A DNA stretch of 63,264 bases, filler included, from Basidiobolus ranarum (lineage: Eukaryota), in assembly GCA_040143965.1 (NCBI GenBank). It is 57 parts of 57 records of this genome, joined end to end, with 100 filler letters (N's around TTAATTAATTAA, not from the genome) between each part and the next. Parts side by side here need not be neighbours in the genome. Positions count along the whole stretch, not along the records: positions 1 to 1,020 come from JASJQH010013676.1; positions 1,121 to 2,140 come from JASJQH010013677.1; positions 2,241 to 3,260 come from JASJQH010013678.1; positions 3,361 to 4,379 come from JASJQH010013679.1; positions 4,480 to 5,498 come from JASJQH010013680.1; positions 5,599 to 6,617 come from JASJQH010013681.1; positions 6,718 to 7,735 come from JASJQH010013682.1; positions 7,836 to 8,853 come from JASJQH010013683.1; 49 more parts are not named here. One strand, given 5' to 3'. This document shows positions 1 to 11,189 of the stretch, piece after piece. A program made the position numbers and the translations under genes. The stretch's first letter is position 1. Every line of letters begins with the position of its first letter. The notes beneath the pieces are model-generated. The model ran no database searches. It had not been told where the DNA came from and saw nothing but the letters and a program-made list of their open reading frames with translations.

Positions 1-81
1 ACTCAATAAATCAATAAGTGAAAACCACCAATTTCTCTAATTCTCCAAGCCACTTCCAACAGGCTCCCAGATGCTTTTACA
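1..81 (+). mobile_element. 3' end of copia LTR family A
   Basis: Reverse complement of the LTR at 192-538. Ends TTTTACA and abuts a copia gag fragment (82-191). Confidence 0.8.
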
Positions 82-191
82 CTAAGAAGATAATTCTTTA
101 ACTTGAGGATGAAGCCAGGAAAAGATATTAAATCACTAATTAATAGAGTCATTATTTTAGTGAATGAAATGGAATGCATTGGAGTATCTAC

Positions 192-1020
192 TGTTAAGAT
201 ATCTGGGAGCTGTTGGAAGTGGTTTGGAGAATTAGAGGAATTGGTGGTTTTCACTTATTGATTTATTGAGTAGAAAGTTGACATTTATAGTTTTGTCAGG
301 ATGTCAACAGACAAACATGTAGAATGTGTTCAGAAGGCACCCAGGAACATGTGTACAATGTTTGGGGCTTCTAGCACAAGTATGAAAAATCTATATATTT
401 AAGAACTTCCAAGTTGGTAAATATATTCTAAGTAAATTCCAATTGAGAATAATGGATAATATCTTAGTGAGTTGTAAGATAACTAAGTACTAAGCTATAT
501 ATGACTATATAAGTGGTTAGGCAATGCTAATTTCAATACACTCTCTCAACTAAATAGTCATATAAACTAATTCTAATACAGGTCTAAATTTCTCAAATTT
601 TGTCTGGCTAATGGTTTGGTTGATATATCAGCAATCATGTCTTCTGTAGAACAATAAGATAAGTCAATAAACTTATTCTCTGTAGTCTCTCTAATGAAGT
701 GATGCTTATTATCTATATGTTTGCTTCTGTTATGAAATGTGGGATTTTTAGCTAATTTGATTCAACTTTGATTATCTTGAAATATTGTAGTTGGTGAATT
801 TTGAGAATAACCCAAATCTGTTAAGAGTTTTCTTAACCATATTGCTTCTTTTGTTGCTTCACAGGCAGCCATGTATTCAGCTTCTGTTGTTGAAAGTGCT
901 ATGGTAGGTTGTTTCTTTGAATTCCAAGAAATAGCTCCATTACAGCAAAGAAATAAGTATCCTGTTGTAGATCTCCTGTCTTCAATATCTCTTCCCCAAT
1001 TTGCATCTGAATATCCCATC
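192..1020 (-). mobile_element. Ty1/copia RT/RNase H C-terminus, PPT and complete 3' LTR-A (192-538)
   Basis: ORF 762-1019 has GYSDANWG..RRSTTGY..ISWNSKKQPTIALSTTEAEY. A purine tract immediately precedes the LTR, which matches 30639-30986. Confidence 0.92.
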
Positions 1021-1120
1021 NNNNNNNNNNNNNNNNNNNNNNNNNNNNNNNNNNNNNNNNNNNNTTAATTAATTAANNNNNNNNNNNNNNNNNNNNNNNN
1101 NNNNNNNNNNNNNNNNNNNN
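1021..1120. other. Artificial contig linker N44-TTAATTAATTAA-N44 (first of 56 identical linkers; 57 contigs of 1020-1004 bp in descending length order)
   Basis: An identical 100-bp spacer recurs every ~1.1 kb, the 12-mer gives stops in all six frames, and contig lengths decrease monotonically. Confidence 0.99.
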
Positions 1121-1894
1121 ACTACTAGCTGATGAACCCACTTGTTGTGCTCTGGCCCTTATGGGAGGTGTTACCTCAATTCTAGCGGCTAGTTGAGTAG
1201 ATTCTTCTTGTGAAATAGATACCTTGTCAGGAGTCTCTGTGATTCAGAGTGATCTAGTATGTCTGTGCAACAGTCTAGACTGCTCCAACTTGCCTTTGAG
1301 AATATCTTCTGATTCAATATATTGCCTTGCTTTTCTCTTTACACCTCTGTAGATAACTCTTGCCATAGTATCCGGAAATGTTACTTTGAACTCTGCAACC
1401 TTCATCAATAGTCCCTGCAAAGTCTCATTGAGTAGTGGTAGTTATCTATTTAGAACATCTCTTGTCTCTAAAGTTGAGGCTGCAATGGTTGCTTCTGGTC
1501 CATACAAGCAAGAACACAATTGGAATTTTGTCTTTGAGGACTCAAAATCAAAATTCCTGTTTCTCAGTTCATGCCTTCTATCCTCATGGGTCTTATTGTA
1601 TATCTTCTTGCAGACTTCTGAAGGCATGAAGATATAGTATTCTCTCCAAAGCAAAGTCAAACATTGCTTCTACTTTGGTCTCATGCCCCCTTCCCCAGCT
1701 TCTGCCAAGTTTATCAACAACTCCCATATATCCAAGTAAGAACTCACCATGGACACCTGGGCATTTGTAAAATCATTAGGTGCATGCTGCTTTGCACCAC
1801 CCACACCTTTATTTGACTGCACATGTCTAATTTTGGAAGTGGTGGTTTCCTGTACCAAAGTAGGTTGTGAATCAGGACGAATCTGTTTTGACAT
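1121..1894 (-). pseudogene. Multicopy unknown ORF family X, N-terminal part, decayed
   Basis: Homologous segments at ~11895-12207, 17891-18705, 21592-22036 and 56737-57660 (e.g. RGVKRKARQ..SEDI.KGKL). No known domain recognised. Confidence 0.6.
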
Positions 1895-2043
1895 GATTTA
1901 TAGCTCCTATATATATCTACGATGTTGGATTTTATTGGTTTTAATCAGGATTAGTGATCTTTTGATATTATTGGTTAAAGTGAAAGTTAACTTCCTATAG
2001 TGTGAGCAAGCATTATGCATTCCACTTTAAACTGTTTCAATAT

Positions 2044-2140
2044 CCCTAACAGAAATTTGAGGATTGTTATCGTAGGAAAACCGTCACAATTTTAATCCAT
2101 TTGGGGTTGACCGTTTACTTACCGTCATAAAAACGTCAAG
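2044..2140 (+). mobile_element. CMC/CACTA-type transposon terminus A (CCCTAACAGAAATTTGAGG...)
   Basis: Recurs with the same sharp start at 8668, 12334(-), 12946, 23258, 42912 and 47499 (degenerate), each in a different flank. Subterminal ACCGTCA repeats. Confidence 0.85.
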
Positions 2141-2240
2141 NNNNNNNNNNNNNNNNNNNNNNNNNNNNNNNNNNNNNNNNNNNNTTAATTAATTAANNNN
2201 NNNNNNNNNNNNNNNNNNNNNNNNNNNNNNNNNNNNNNNN

Positions 2241-2770
2241 AGACGATAGATTTAGTTGGCTGCAGCTCCGCAGCATCATTGTCTATAGATATTGGCTTCA
2301 TAGCTGTTTTGAGGATTCTGAGTGAGGATACATTGGATACTTTGCAGATTTGCAAATATGGACCAGGAGGTAGAGCTTGCTTGAATGTGATGATCTTGTT
2401 CTTCCAGTTGATTACTGTGTTGTCTTTTGTGAGCCATGAGTTTTGCAGGTTGTCACAGTTAACTGCCTGAGTGATAGGATGAGTCAAGATCACTGTTGCA
2501 GCTATAGTGAGTTAAAGTTCCTGAATTTTCTCTTGAAGTCCATGTTGGAGCTAGCTGATCAGATTAGATTTTCTCAAAATGAGATAACAGGCAACAAGGC
2601 AAATTTTGGGAGTATAAGTAGATCTAGGATTTGATCCTTGTTTTAGTGCACTAAGCTTGGCAGATAAAGTTCTCTACTTGTCTGTGTTTCCAAATGTAGC
2701 TTTCTAGTTTAGCAAGAAAGAAAAAGAAGTTACCCTGGATATACATTCTGGGAGCTCCCAATGGACATGT
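2241..2770 (-). mobile_element. Ty3/gypsy protease/pre-RT region, decayed
   Basis: WL..N..INWK...ITF post-protease motif. Homologous to 55805-55900, which leads into gypsy RT. Confidence 0.6.
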
Positions 2771-2771
2771 C

Positions 2772-3260
2772 TGTTGAAATTAGGTAAGTAGCAACTCATT
2801 ATTTAGTAGTTAGTTTATTCATGTTCTGATTATTTAGTACTCAATTCTGTCATTCAAAAACGTGTGTTTATTGCTCTAATTGATAGAAATATCAATTAGA
2901 TCACTTTTACCAATGTTTACTATTTTCTCAAAACTTCTCCAAATCACCTCAAATTTTCACCCATGCTTAACAGACATGCTTGTTATGATCTAAGCACGTC
3001 CAATAGTCCTATTTCATAGTAAATTATAAATAGGACATATTCAATTCAATAAAACTTAAGTGTCTAATTCACAAATCCAAATCTTGTCCAAAACACTTCC
3101 AAATCTCCTAAGCACTTTTATCAGTTTAAGAGCCCCAAGCTAGCTGTTAAAGGAGTGTCTACCAGTACTATTACCAACGTTTTTGCATCCACAGAGAAGT
3201 TTGATGGTGAAGACTTTCACCTTTGGAAGTTCAAGATGCAAATGGTGCTAGAAGACAAGG
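2772..3260 (+). mobile_element. Copia 5' LTR family B (2772-3123), PBS and gag start
   Basis: LTR runs TGTTGAAATT...TTTTATCA, followed by a degenerate GGTTATGAGCCC, then gag KFDGEDFHLWKFKMQMVLED. Confidence 0.88.
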
Positions 3261-3360
3261 NNNNNNNNNNNNNNNNNNNNNNNNNNNNNNNNNNNNNNNN
3301 NNNNTTAATTAATTAANNNNNNNNNNNNNNNNNNNNNNNNNNNNNNNNNNNNNNNNNNNN

Positions 3361-4379
3361 GTCAACAAATGTCCTGCCACAAGTAGATGTGTCATTGCTT
3401 GAATAGATTACCCCATGGCTAAAACAATAATACTGCGTATCTCCATTTATCTCACCAAGAAGTCTGTCTTGAAGCTTTCCTAAACATACCATCAGATTAT
3501 CACACAAGCAAATTAGTCCAAATATAGAGGTACTTACTCTGTATCCATGGATTGGGCTTTGTTGCTGTTATTGTGCTCAAACAATGCAAAAACCCATGAG
3601 CACATTGAAAAGAGCCCTTTGTTGGCAGATTATTATACTCTGGAGTCTCCTTAACCCATTGCATTACATCCATCACTGATTTTGCTGAAACATTATTAAT
3701 CAGATTAGCATACGGTAATACTGACAATTTCACACAGAGCATCATTTCACCACAGGTGCACTCCATTGGGAACTCCCAGAAAGTATAGCAAGGGCCTATA
3801 ATCTCTAAGCATTGTGTAAGATGCAGCAGGGAATGTATTGAATACCTGCATAGATTCAGTCTATCTGCTTTAAACCTGTAATAAAGTTTTTCTTATCCAA
3901 ATACAAAATCTTTGCACAGTTGCTAAATCTGCCTGAGATCTGCCAATGTGAGTTGATGCCATAAGAATATATTAACAATATCCAGAAACAACTCCCAATG
4001 TTGCCAATACTTATCAGGCAGAAATCCTTTCAAAATTGCACTTGAATACATACAAATCCAATACTTCCAATCTTTGAATTTGAATAAGCACCTAAATGAG
4101 TGGATATTGATGGGAGTCCTGGTAAAATATGATGGTATCTTGATGTTTTCAAGCATTTTCCCAATCAATTCAAACTTTGATCCTATCTCAAATGGCTCAT
4201 TCATATTGAATTTTCCACTATATAGCTGAGTAAGTAGTATTGGAATGTTGTTGAATAGTAAGTGCATAGTGCCTAATGGGAAGCTCTGGCTCCAGCTGAT
4301 CCCCTTTAGCAATATAATCTTAGGCTTATGGCTAATACCAAGTTTGATGTTAGACTGACTATTTGGTGAATTGATATCA
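3361..4379 (-). mobile_element. CACTA/EnSpm transposase, central-C-terminal part, decayed
   Basis: MHLLFNNI..FKxxDW.. and SIHSLLHL..GPCYTFWEFPME motifs typical of EnSpm TnpD (DUF4218 region). Confidence 0.85.
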
Positions 4380-4479
4380 NNNNNNNNNNNNNNNNNNNNN
4401 NNNNNNNNNNNNNNNNNNNNNNNTTAATTAATTAANNNNNNNNNNNNNNNNNNNNNNNNNNNNNNNNNNNNNNNNNNNN

Positions 4480-5498
4480 CAATGCCAGTATTCAATACAT
4501 TCCCTGCTGCATTGTTCACAATGCTTAGAGATTATAGGCCCTTGCTATACATTCTGGGAGTTCCCAATGGATTGCACCTGCGGTGATATGATGCTCCATG
4601 TGAAACTGTCAGTATTATTGTATGATAATCTGCTTAGCAATGAATCAGCAAAATCAGTGATGGATGTAATGCAATGGGTCAAGGAGAATCCAGAGTATAT
4701 TAAACTGCCAACAAAGGGCTCTTTTCAATGTGCTCATGGCTTTTTGCATTGTTTGAGTACAATAGCAGCAACAAAGCCTAATCCATGGACACAGAGTAAG
4801 TACCTCTTTAATCAGACTAATTTGCATGTGTGATAATCTGATGGCATTTTTAGGAAAGCTGCAAGACAGACTTCTTGGTGAGATAGATGGAGATAAACAG
4901 TAATATTGTTTTAGCCATGGGGTAAACTATTATAGGAATGACATATCCACTTGTAGCAGGACATCTGTTAACTGCAAGTTGGGGATATATTGGCTGAATT
5001 CTTAAAGGAAATTTGCCAAAATCCAAAAGCTTATTCTCATTGTGAATGGTAACAAGTGTCAGCTATTTGCCAAGTGTTGGTGCTATTCAAAATTTTGGTT
5101 GTTTAGCAATTTTTTCACTGTTAGTTTGCTGGTAAAGCATATTGATGTTGTTGAGTTATGTCTAAGCAGTAAAATATGTGCCTATGTAGATACTAAACAC
5201 AACAAGATTCTTGTATTTTTTGACTCTCATCATGGCTGGAATACAAAGCCTAAAATATCTAAATAAAGGCATACATATTAATTCATATTCCTACAGCAGT
5301 AAACCTGGCAATTTGTCATTCAAATATTTTATTTTTGCAAAAATTGCTGGATATTGCATAACGCGTGCCAAATTTGAGGATCAATATTTTAACATGTATC
5401 AATACTGTTAAGATACTGTCAAGAAACCACCATCACACCATCATAATCCCTGGCCAAATGCAAGCCAACAATATTGTGACAGTTCTCTGATGGTTTTG
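4480..5498 (+). mobile_element. CACTA transposase C-terminus and 3' subterminal region
   Basis: Homologous to 14543-15447, which ends in terminus B. Confidence 0.85.
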
Positions 5499-5598
5499 NN
5501 NNNNNNNNNNNNNNNNNNNNNNNNNNNNNNNNNNNNNNNNNNTTAATTAATTAANNNNNNNNNNNNNNNNNNNNNNNNNNNNNNNNNNNNNNNNNNNN

Positions 5599-6510
5599 TT
5601 CCAAGTTAATCAAGTCCACGGTTGTTTTTCTTACTAAAAATGGAAAAGTTTCACCAAAAAGACCTCAGATGATGACAAAAATCAATTTTCTCCTGATCCA
5701 ATTATTTAATTGATTCATACCAAAACAATGAAGAAAATAGCATTCCTGTGGACCCTTGAACCAATATTTTGCCTACTGAAGTGCCAAATATAATTCCAAA
5801 AGCTGTAGTAACTTTAACCCTGACCAGGAGATCAAACCGTGGTTACTACATCAATGAGTCCCAAAATTGGGCCCAAGCCTGAACAGCTCATATCATGAAC
5901 CCCAGACTATAAAAGTGGCCCTGAATAGCCCTTACACCAATTGTTGGTGATCTACAATGGCTGATGAGTACCAGGCTTTGATTGATAATCAAACTTGGAT
6001 TTTAACCAAGTTGCCTGATAATGGAAAATCAATTGGCTGCCAATTGGTGTTTAGAGTTAAATACCAGTCTGATGGCAATATAGAGAGGTACCAGGATAGA
6101 CTGGTAGCCAAAGGCTATTCCCATATGCCATGAATAGATTATACAGAAACTTTTGCTCCTGTAGCAAAGTTTGATTCAATTAGATTGATTCTAGCAATTT
6201 CAGCTAAGTATTAGTTTATAATATATCACAGGGAAGGTAAAACTGTATTTTTGAAAGGTGAGCTTGCTGAGGGGATCTATATGGACCAGCCAGATGGATT
6301 TGTGGACCCAGAAAACCCTAACAATGATTGCAGACTCCAGAAAACACTCTATGGCGTAAAACAATCTCCAAAAGCTTGAAATAGCAAGATATATGCTTTT
6401 TTGGAAACGCTCAAATTCCAAAAGAGTAATGCTGACTATAGTATCTACTTCAGGCCAGATAAGACAAACTCAGTTTTCTTAGCCTTATATGTGGATGATC
6501 TTATCGTTGT
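5599..6510 (+). mobile_element. Copia integrase tail and RT, decayed
   Basis: RLVAKGYS, ETFAPVAKFDSIR and LYVDD motifs, with stops. Confidence 0.9.
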
Positions 6511-6717
6511 TGAAAGTCTGGTGACTTGTGGTACAAGCAGTAATTCCTAAAGAGGAAAATATGGAGTATGGTGACTGCATCTGAACACAAAGTCTAAGGC
6601 CAATCAGTTGCTTGTATNNNNNNNNNNNNNNNNNNNNNNNNNNNNNNNNNNNNNNNNNNNNTTAATTAATTAANNNNNNNNNNNNNNNNNNNNNNNNNNN
6701 NNNNNNNNNNNNNNNNN

Positions 6718-6934
6718 GTTCTCACATATCTAGAGTTTTCAACCTTGTGCTAGAAGCCCCAAACATCTGTACACATCTTCCTGGGACCTCCCTTAGCACT
6801 TTCTACATGTTAGTTAGCTTACATCCTGACAAAACTATAAATGTTAACTTTCTACTCAATAAATCTATGAGTGAAAACTACCAATTTCTCTAATTCTCCA
6901 AACCACTTTCTACAGGCTCCCAAATACTTTAACA
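6718..6934 (+). mobile_element. Copia LTR-A, 3' part
   Basis: Reverse complement of LTR-A, ending TTTAACA. Confidence 0.85.
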
Positions 6935-7873
6935 CTGACCACAAAAGTAGTTATGGCTTCTTTGTTTTGCTTGAAATAAATATTTCACCTGTTGGTAACT
7001 GTCTCCCCTGTAACTCAAATTCCTGGGTTGTGTCCTATTGTCCACTTGTTGTACTCTCAATATCTTCAATTTTGTTTACTACCTATTCCCCTTAACACTA
7101 TACTCACATCCTCAGAACTTGACTACATTGGTCATAAAGTGAAGTATGGATATGATCCTGTATTGTAATACAATATCTTTGAAGATTGATGTCTTAAATG
7201 TTGCTTTATTTAGATTATTATATAGATTAAATAAAGCCCACACCACCTGGTGCCTTTCATCCCCCCACCTCTCAGCTACTTCTAACTATCAGCAACTCTC
7301 AGGCCTAGCTAACTAGGAACACTCTACTATTGGTTCCATCAATTCTGGAAAACTCTACTTAGGCCCCATGCCTTCTGGAATCCTCTGCAATTTGCTCTGC
7401 TCTATTTTGAATGCTCTTAGGCCTAGCTTACTAGAAAACTTGGCTTTGTGAATATCTTTACTTTATATTTAGATTTTTTATTCTAACTTGGCTTATTTAT
7501 TTATTAAAATGAACTGAATTGATAAATAAATACTACACCTTGTGGTGCTTCTCATCCCCCTATCTATTTGGCTTTCTCATTATGAACATTGAAGAAAACA
7601 ATTTTGCTTCTTAGCTATGAGTTAAGTTGGTTATGGTACATAGGCTTTAGTATGAGATATATATCATTTTCTATAGGCACTCACTTCAACCAACAGTGGA
7701 TAGACGACTCTCCAAGAACTACCGCTCAATGGGAGNNNNNNNNNNNNNNNNNNNNNNNNNNNNNNNNNNNNNNNNNNNNTTAATTAATTAANNNNNNNNN
7801 NNNNNNNNNNNNNNNNNNNNNNNNNNNNNNNNNNNCAACTTCATTACACCAAGTTTACCATCTGTAATTTTCA

Positions 7874-8667
7874 ATGCAATTCAAAAAGCGTTTAAAATCT
7901 AAGTCACAATTGGCTTCTAAGTCAAAGCCTGCTGGCACAAAAGGAAAAAAACCAGCCAGAACAGAGGACTTAATTGATGAGCAGTTTAGCAAATAACTAT
8001 CCACTTTGGAGGGCATTAACATGCCGGAAACTAACTCAAGTAGTGATGAAGCATTAATCAATTCAACAGATGTGTTCCTTTCCAGCTATAGTGCAAGTGA
8101 AGAGATAGGAATCTCCCAATCACATAGTAAATCAATAGTTGAGCAAAGTTCAACCAAAGCACCATCAGGACCATCAAATCCAAAATGGCCACTTTGTCCA
8201 CTTTTGAACAACTCTCCGTAGAAAATTTGGATAAAATTATTACAATAAGGGAATTGCAGGCAGAACATCATACTGATTTGTATGCAATCATCAGTAAAAA
8301 CTATGAACTTGCTATTCAGGCCATGACTAGCAGTAATGCCACAATATTGCAATTAATGCAGCATTCCAAAGCAACTAATCAACAGTTAGATACTCACTCA
8401 ACAATGATACAAGACCTTCAGAATGCTGTACTTGAGCTACAGCAACATGCTGCTCCCTCCATCCATTCTCATATGGGATTTCAATCAATCCCACACCATA
8501 CATATGAACATCACCATGACAATCTAGCAGAGCAGAATATGTGTTGGACCATTAAGCCTACAAAACAACCCAAAATTGCTTGGGCACATGAAAGTAGAAA
8601 TATCATTGGAAAACCGGCAAACCAAAAGACTTGGAACGTCAGAGCTGCCATCACTTGCTCTGATGAT
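7874..8667 (+). pseudogene. Multicopy unknown coiled-coil ORF family Y, decayed, truncated by CACTA terminus A at 8668
   Basis: Colinear with the open copy at 50101-51001. Has stops and a frameshift, and breaks at TCSDD|CCCTAACA. Confidence 0.75.
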
Positions 8668-8853
8668 CCCTAACAGAAATTTGAGGATTGTTATTGTAGG
8701 AAAACCATCACAATTTTAATCCATTTGGGGTTGACTGTTTACTTTCCATCATAAAATCGTCAAGTTAGATTTGATTTTAATCAATTTTTCAGTTTCAGGA
8801 GTGAAATTTCAAGATCTCGCAAAATAGTTACAAATGATTGGCTAAGATCTCAG
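8668..8853 (+). mobile_element. CACTA terminus A
   Basis: CCCTAACAGAAATTTGAGGATTG, as at 2044. Confidence 0.85.
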
Positions 8854-8953
8854 NNNNNNNNNNNNNNNNNNNNNNNNNNNNNNNNNNNNNNNNNNNNTTA
8901 ATTAATTAANNNNNNNNNNNNNNNNNNNNNNNNNNNNNNNNNNNNNNNNNNNN

Positions 8954-9116
8954 ACAAGTTTGAAAAATCTATATATCTGAGAACTTCTAGGTTGGTAAAA
9001 ATATTCTAAGTAAATTCCAATTGAGAATAATTGATAATATAGTAGTGAGTTATAAGATAATTAAGTACTAAGTTATATGTGACTCTATAGGTGCTTAGGC
9101 AATGCTAATTTCAACA
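8954..9116 (-). mobile_element. Copia LTR-A fragment
   Basis: Ends ...GCAATGCTAATTTCAACA. Confidence 0.8.
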
Positions 9117-10071
9117 TATACCAAGTATTATGATTGACTTTTCAGTAAGCAGTATTTGACTAAATACTGTTGACCAACTTAGATGAGATATGATGGATTG
9201 TCAGTTACATAAGAATAGAATTGAGGAGAATGACAAAGCCAGTGATGGACTGAGAAATATTGGTATAGAAACTTTTAAAGATAGTGAAGTTAATGTATCT
9301 ATAAAATCCAAAAAAGGATGTGAACTGTTACTCAAATCTGGAAAAAATTAAGATATTAAGTATTTTCTGATTAAACATAGGAATCTAATTACTGTAAAAG
9401 ATATAAAAAAGATATTATTAAGTCTCATAAAGATATAAAAGAACAACACAAAGAAATAAGTAAGTTCTATAATTTTACTCACAAAATCTCTTCAGCTTCT
9501 AAAACTGTGAAACTAAGATAATATCAAGAAGAAAAATATATTCAGAAGCTGAAACAGCCATTGTATTTAGAAAGATGGTGAACATCATAAGTATATAACT
9601 TTGGGGACTCATGAGAAAGGATCTGCAATAAAATCTAACAATACCTTCAATAACTGATACAACTGTATCTTTACAAAGACTACTACATGTGTCCTAACCA
9701 TTCAATATTTGACCAACATCTTATAAATGTGTATAAAGAGTGGCCAGCCTCTTAGCAAAATATGAAACCATGTATATTGCTTTCTGAATTATTCTACTCT
9801 CTTCAGTTTCTATCAAAATTTATACATATGTGCTTATACAATTGCTCAAGCCCTGTTGTGCACCAACATACAAAGTTGTTTAACTTACGCCATATCTATA
9901 CAACTTGCATGAATATCTGTTTAGTTTATCATTCTTGCTACTAGTCACCTGACCTTATCCAGTGACTTTATNNNNNNNNNNNNNNNNNNNNNNNNNNNNN
10001 NNNNNNNNNNNNNNNTTAATTAATTAANNNNNNNNNNNNNNNNNNNNNNNNNNNNNNNNNNNNNNNNNNNN

Positions 10072-10288
10072 TTCAGTATATTATGTTTCACCTTGCAATA
10101 TCTATATAAGCCCCATGTATTCCTTGATCAGACCTCAGTCTGATCAATGCCAGTTATCAATAAAGATTCTTGCCAAAGTATCGTCCTTGTCCAGTCTTGT
10201 CTTCTCTTGTGGTCTACACCCAAGTACTCTACTGCCTTCTAGCCTCTTGTTGTTGTTCCCAGATCTTGTCCAGTTCCTTATAGTAACA
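10072..10288 (+). mobile_element. Chromovirus (gypsy) 5' LTR family D, U3-R-U5 part
   Basis: Contains TATATAAG at 10103 and AATAAA, and ends GTAACA. Same LTR at 15660-16115(-), 41241-41427 and 42008-42248(-). Confidence 0.88.
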
Positions 10289-10290
10289 GT

Positions 10291-10301
10291 TTGATCAGAC
10301 T
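10291..10301 (+). promoter_or_regulatory. Self-priming-type primer binding site TTGATCAGACT
   Basis: Lies 2 nt after the LTR end, is the exact reverse complement of 10137-10147 (AGTCTGATCAA) in the LTR, and lacks a TGG tRNA-type start. Confidence 0.75.
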
Positions 10302-10660
10302 ACTTATACTTGCCTGTAGTCTTCTCTCCATTCCTGTTCTCCAACCTTGAAACCACCCCAGGTTGGCTTCCCTCTTGTTCCCCATCTTTCCCAAGCTTCC
10401 CTGCTGAGGCAAAGGTACCTTTCACCTTTGGATAACTGCTCAAAGTGCATCCTTGTCAAGACACTGCTGGTTGAGTTTACAGTTGTTTTTGATCAAAGAA
10501 GCTTTAGTGCTTGATCAAGATCAAAGGACATTGATACCAGCATATTCTTTTGTCAAGGCACCAATCATTTCTTCAACAGAAAGTTGGACATTGCATTGTG
10601 ATTATCATTCCTAGAGAAACTTGTGGTTTTAAAACTTCCCCTCCCAACATAGTAAGTATT

Positions 10661-11089
10661 ATGTCTACACCAGCCCCCACAATGGAAGATGTTTTGCAAG
10701 CCCTTACTCAGCTTCAGCAAGAAAATCAAGAACTTCATACTTCCATTGCTCAAGTACAGAATCCAGCTCCACCCAACTATACTGCAATTCCAACTCCTGA
10801 ACCCAAAATCTCCCTGCCAAATAAGTTTGATGGCACTCACCAAAACTATTGTGGTTTTATTAACCAAGTAAAGCTTATCATCCAGTTACATCCCCATTGC
10901 TACCCCTCTGACCAAACAAAAGTAGGCTTAGTGGGAACACTCTTATCAGGAACAGCTCTGTCTTGGTTTGCTCCTTTAATGGAAAGTCAATCTCCACTTC
11001 TTTCAAACTTCCTTGCCTTTCTTGCTGAACTGGAAGCCACATTTGGAAATGCAGATAAGGAAAGAACTTCAGCCACCAAGCTCCATGCA
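10661..11089 (+). CDS. Tf1/sushi-type gypsy Gag N-terminus (partial)
   Basis: PEPKISLPNKFDG..F..QVKL....P..YPSD..KV....LLSG.ALSW motif of sushi/PEG10-like Gag. Confidence 0.85.
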
Positions 11090-11189
11090 NNNNNNNNNNN
11101 NNNNNNNNNNNNNNNNNNNNNNNNNNNNNNNNNTTAATTAATTAANNNNNNNNNNNNNNNNNNNNNNNNNNNNNNNNNNNNNNNNNNNN

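Noticed and set aside
871-1068. ORFs MYSASVVESA... (also 40830 and 59352) recurring as a 'conserved' small protein
   Set aside because: These are antisense shadows of copia RNase H.
1065-1076. TTAATTAATTAA repeated every ~1.1 kb, superficially like a CRISPR or regularly spaced repeat array
   Set aside because: It is always embedded in N44 runs between length-sorted contigs, so it is an artificial six-frame-stop linker.
9120-9971. A-rich segment with possible decayed coding sequence
   Set aside because: No sustained frame or recognisable motif; the first part looks like a diverged LTR-E and the rest cannot be assigned.
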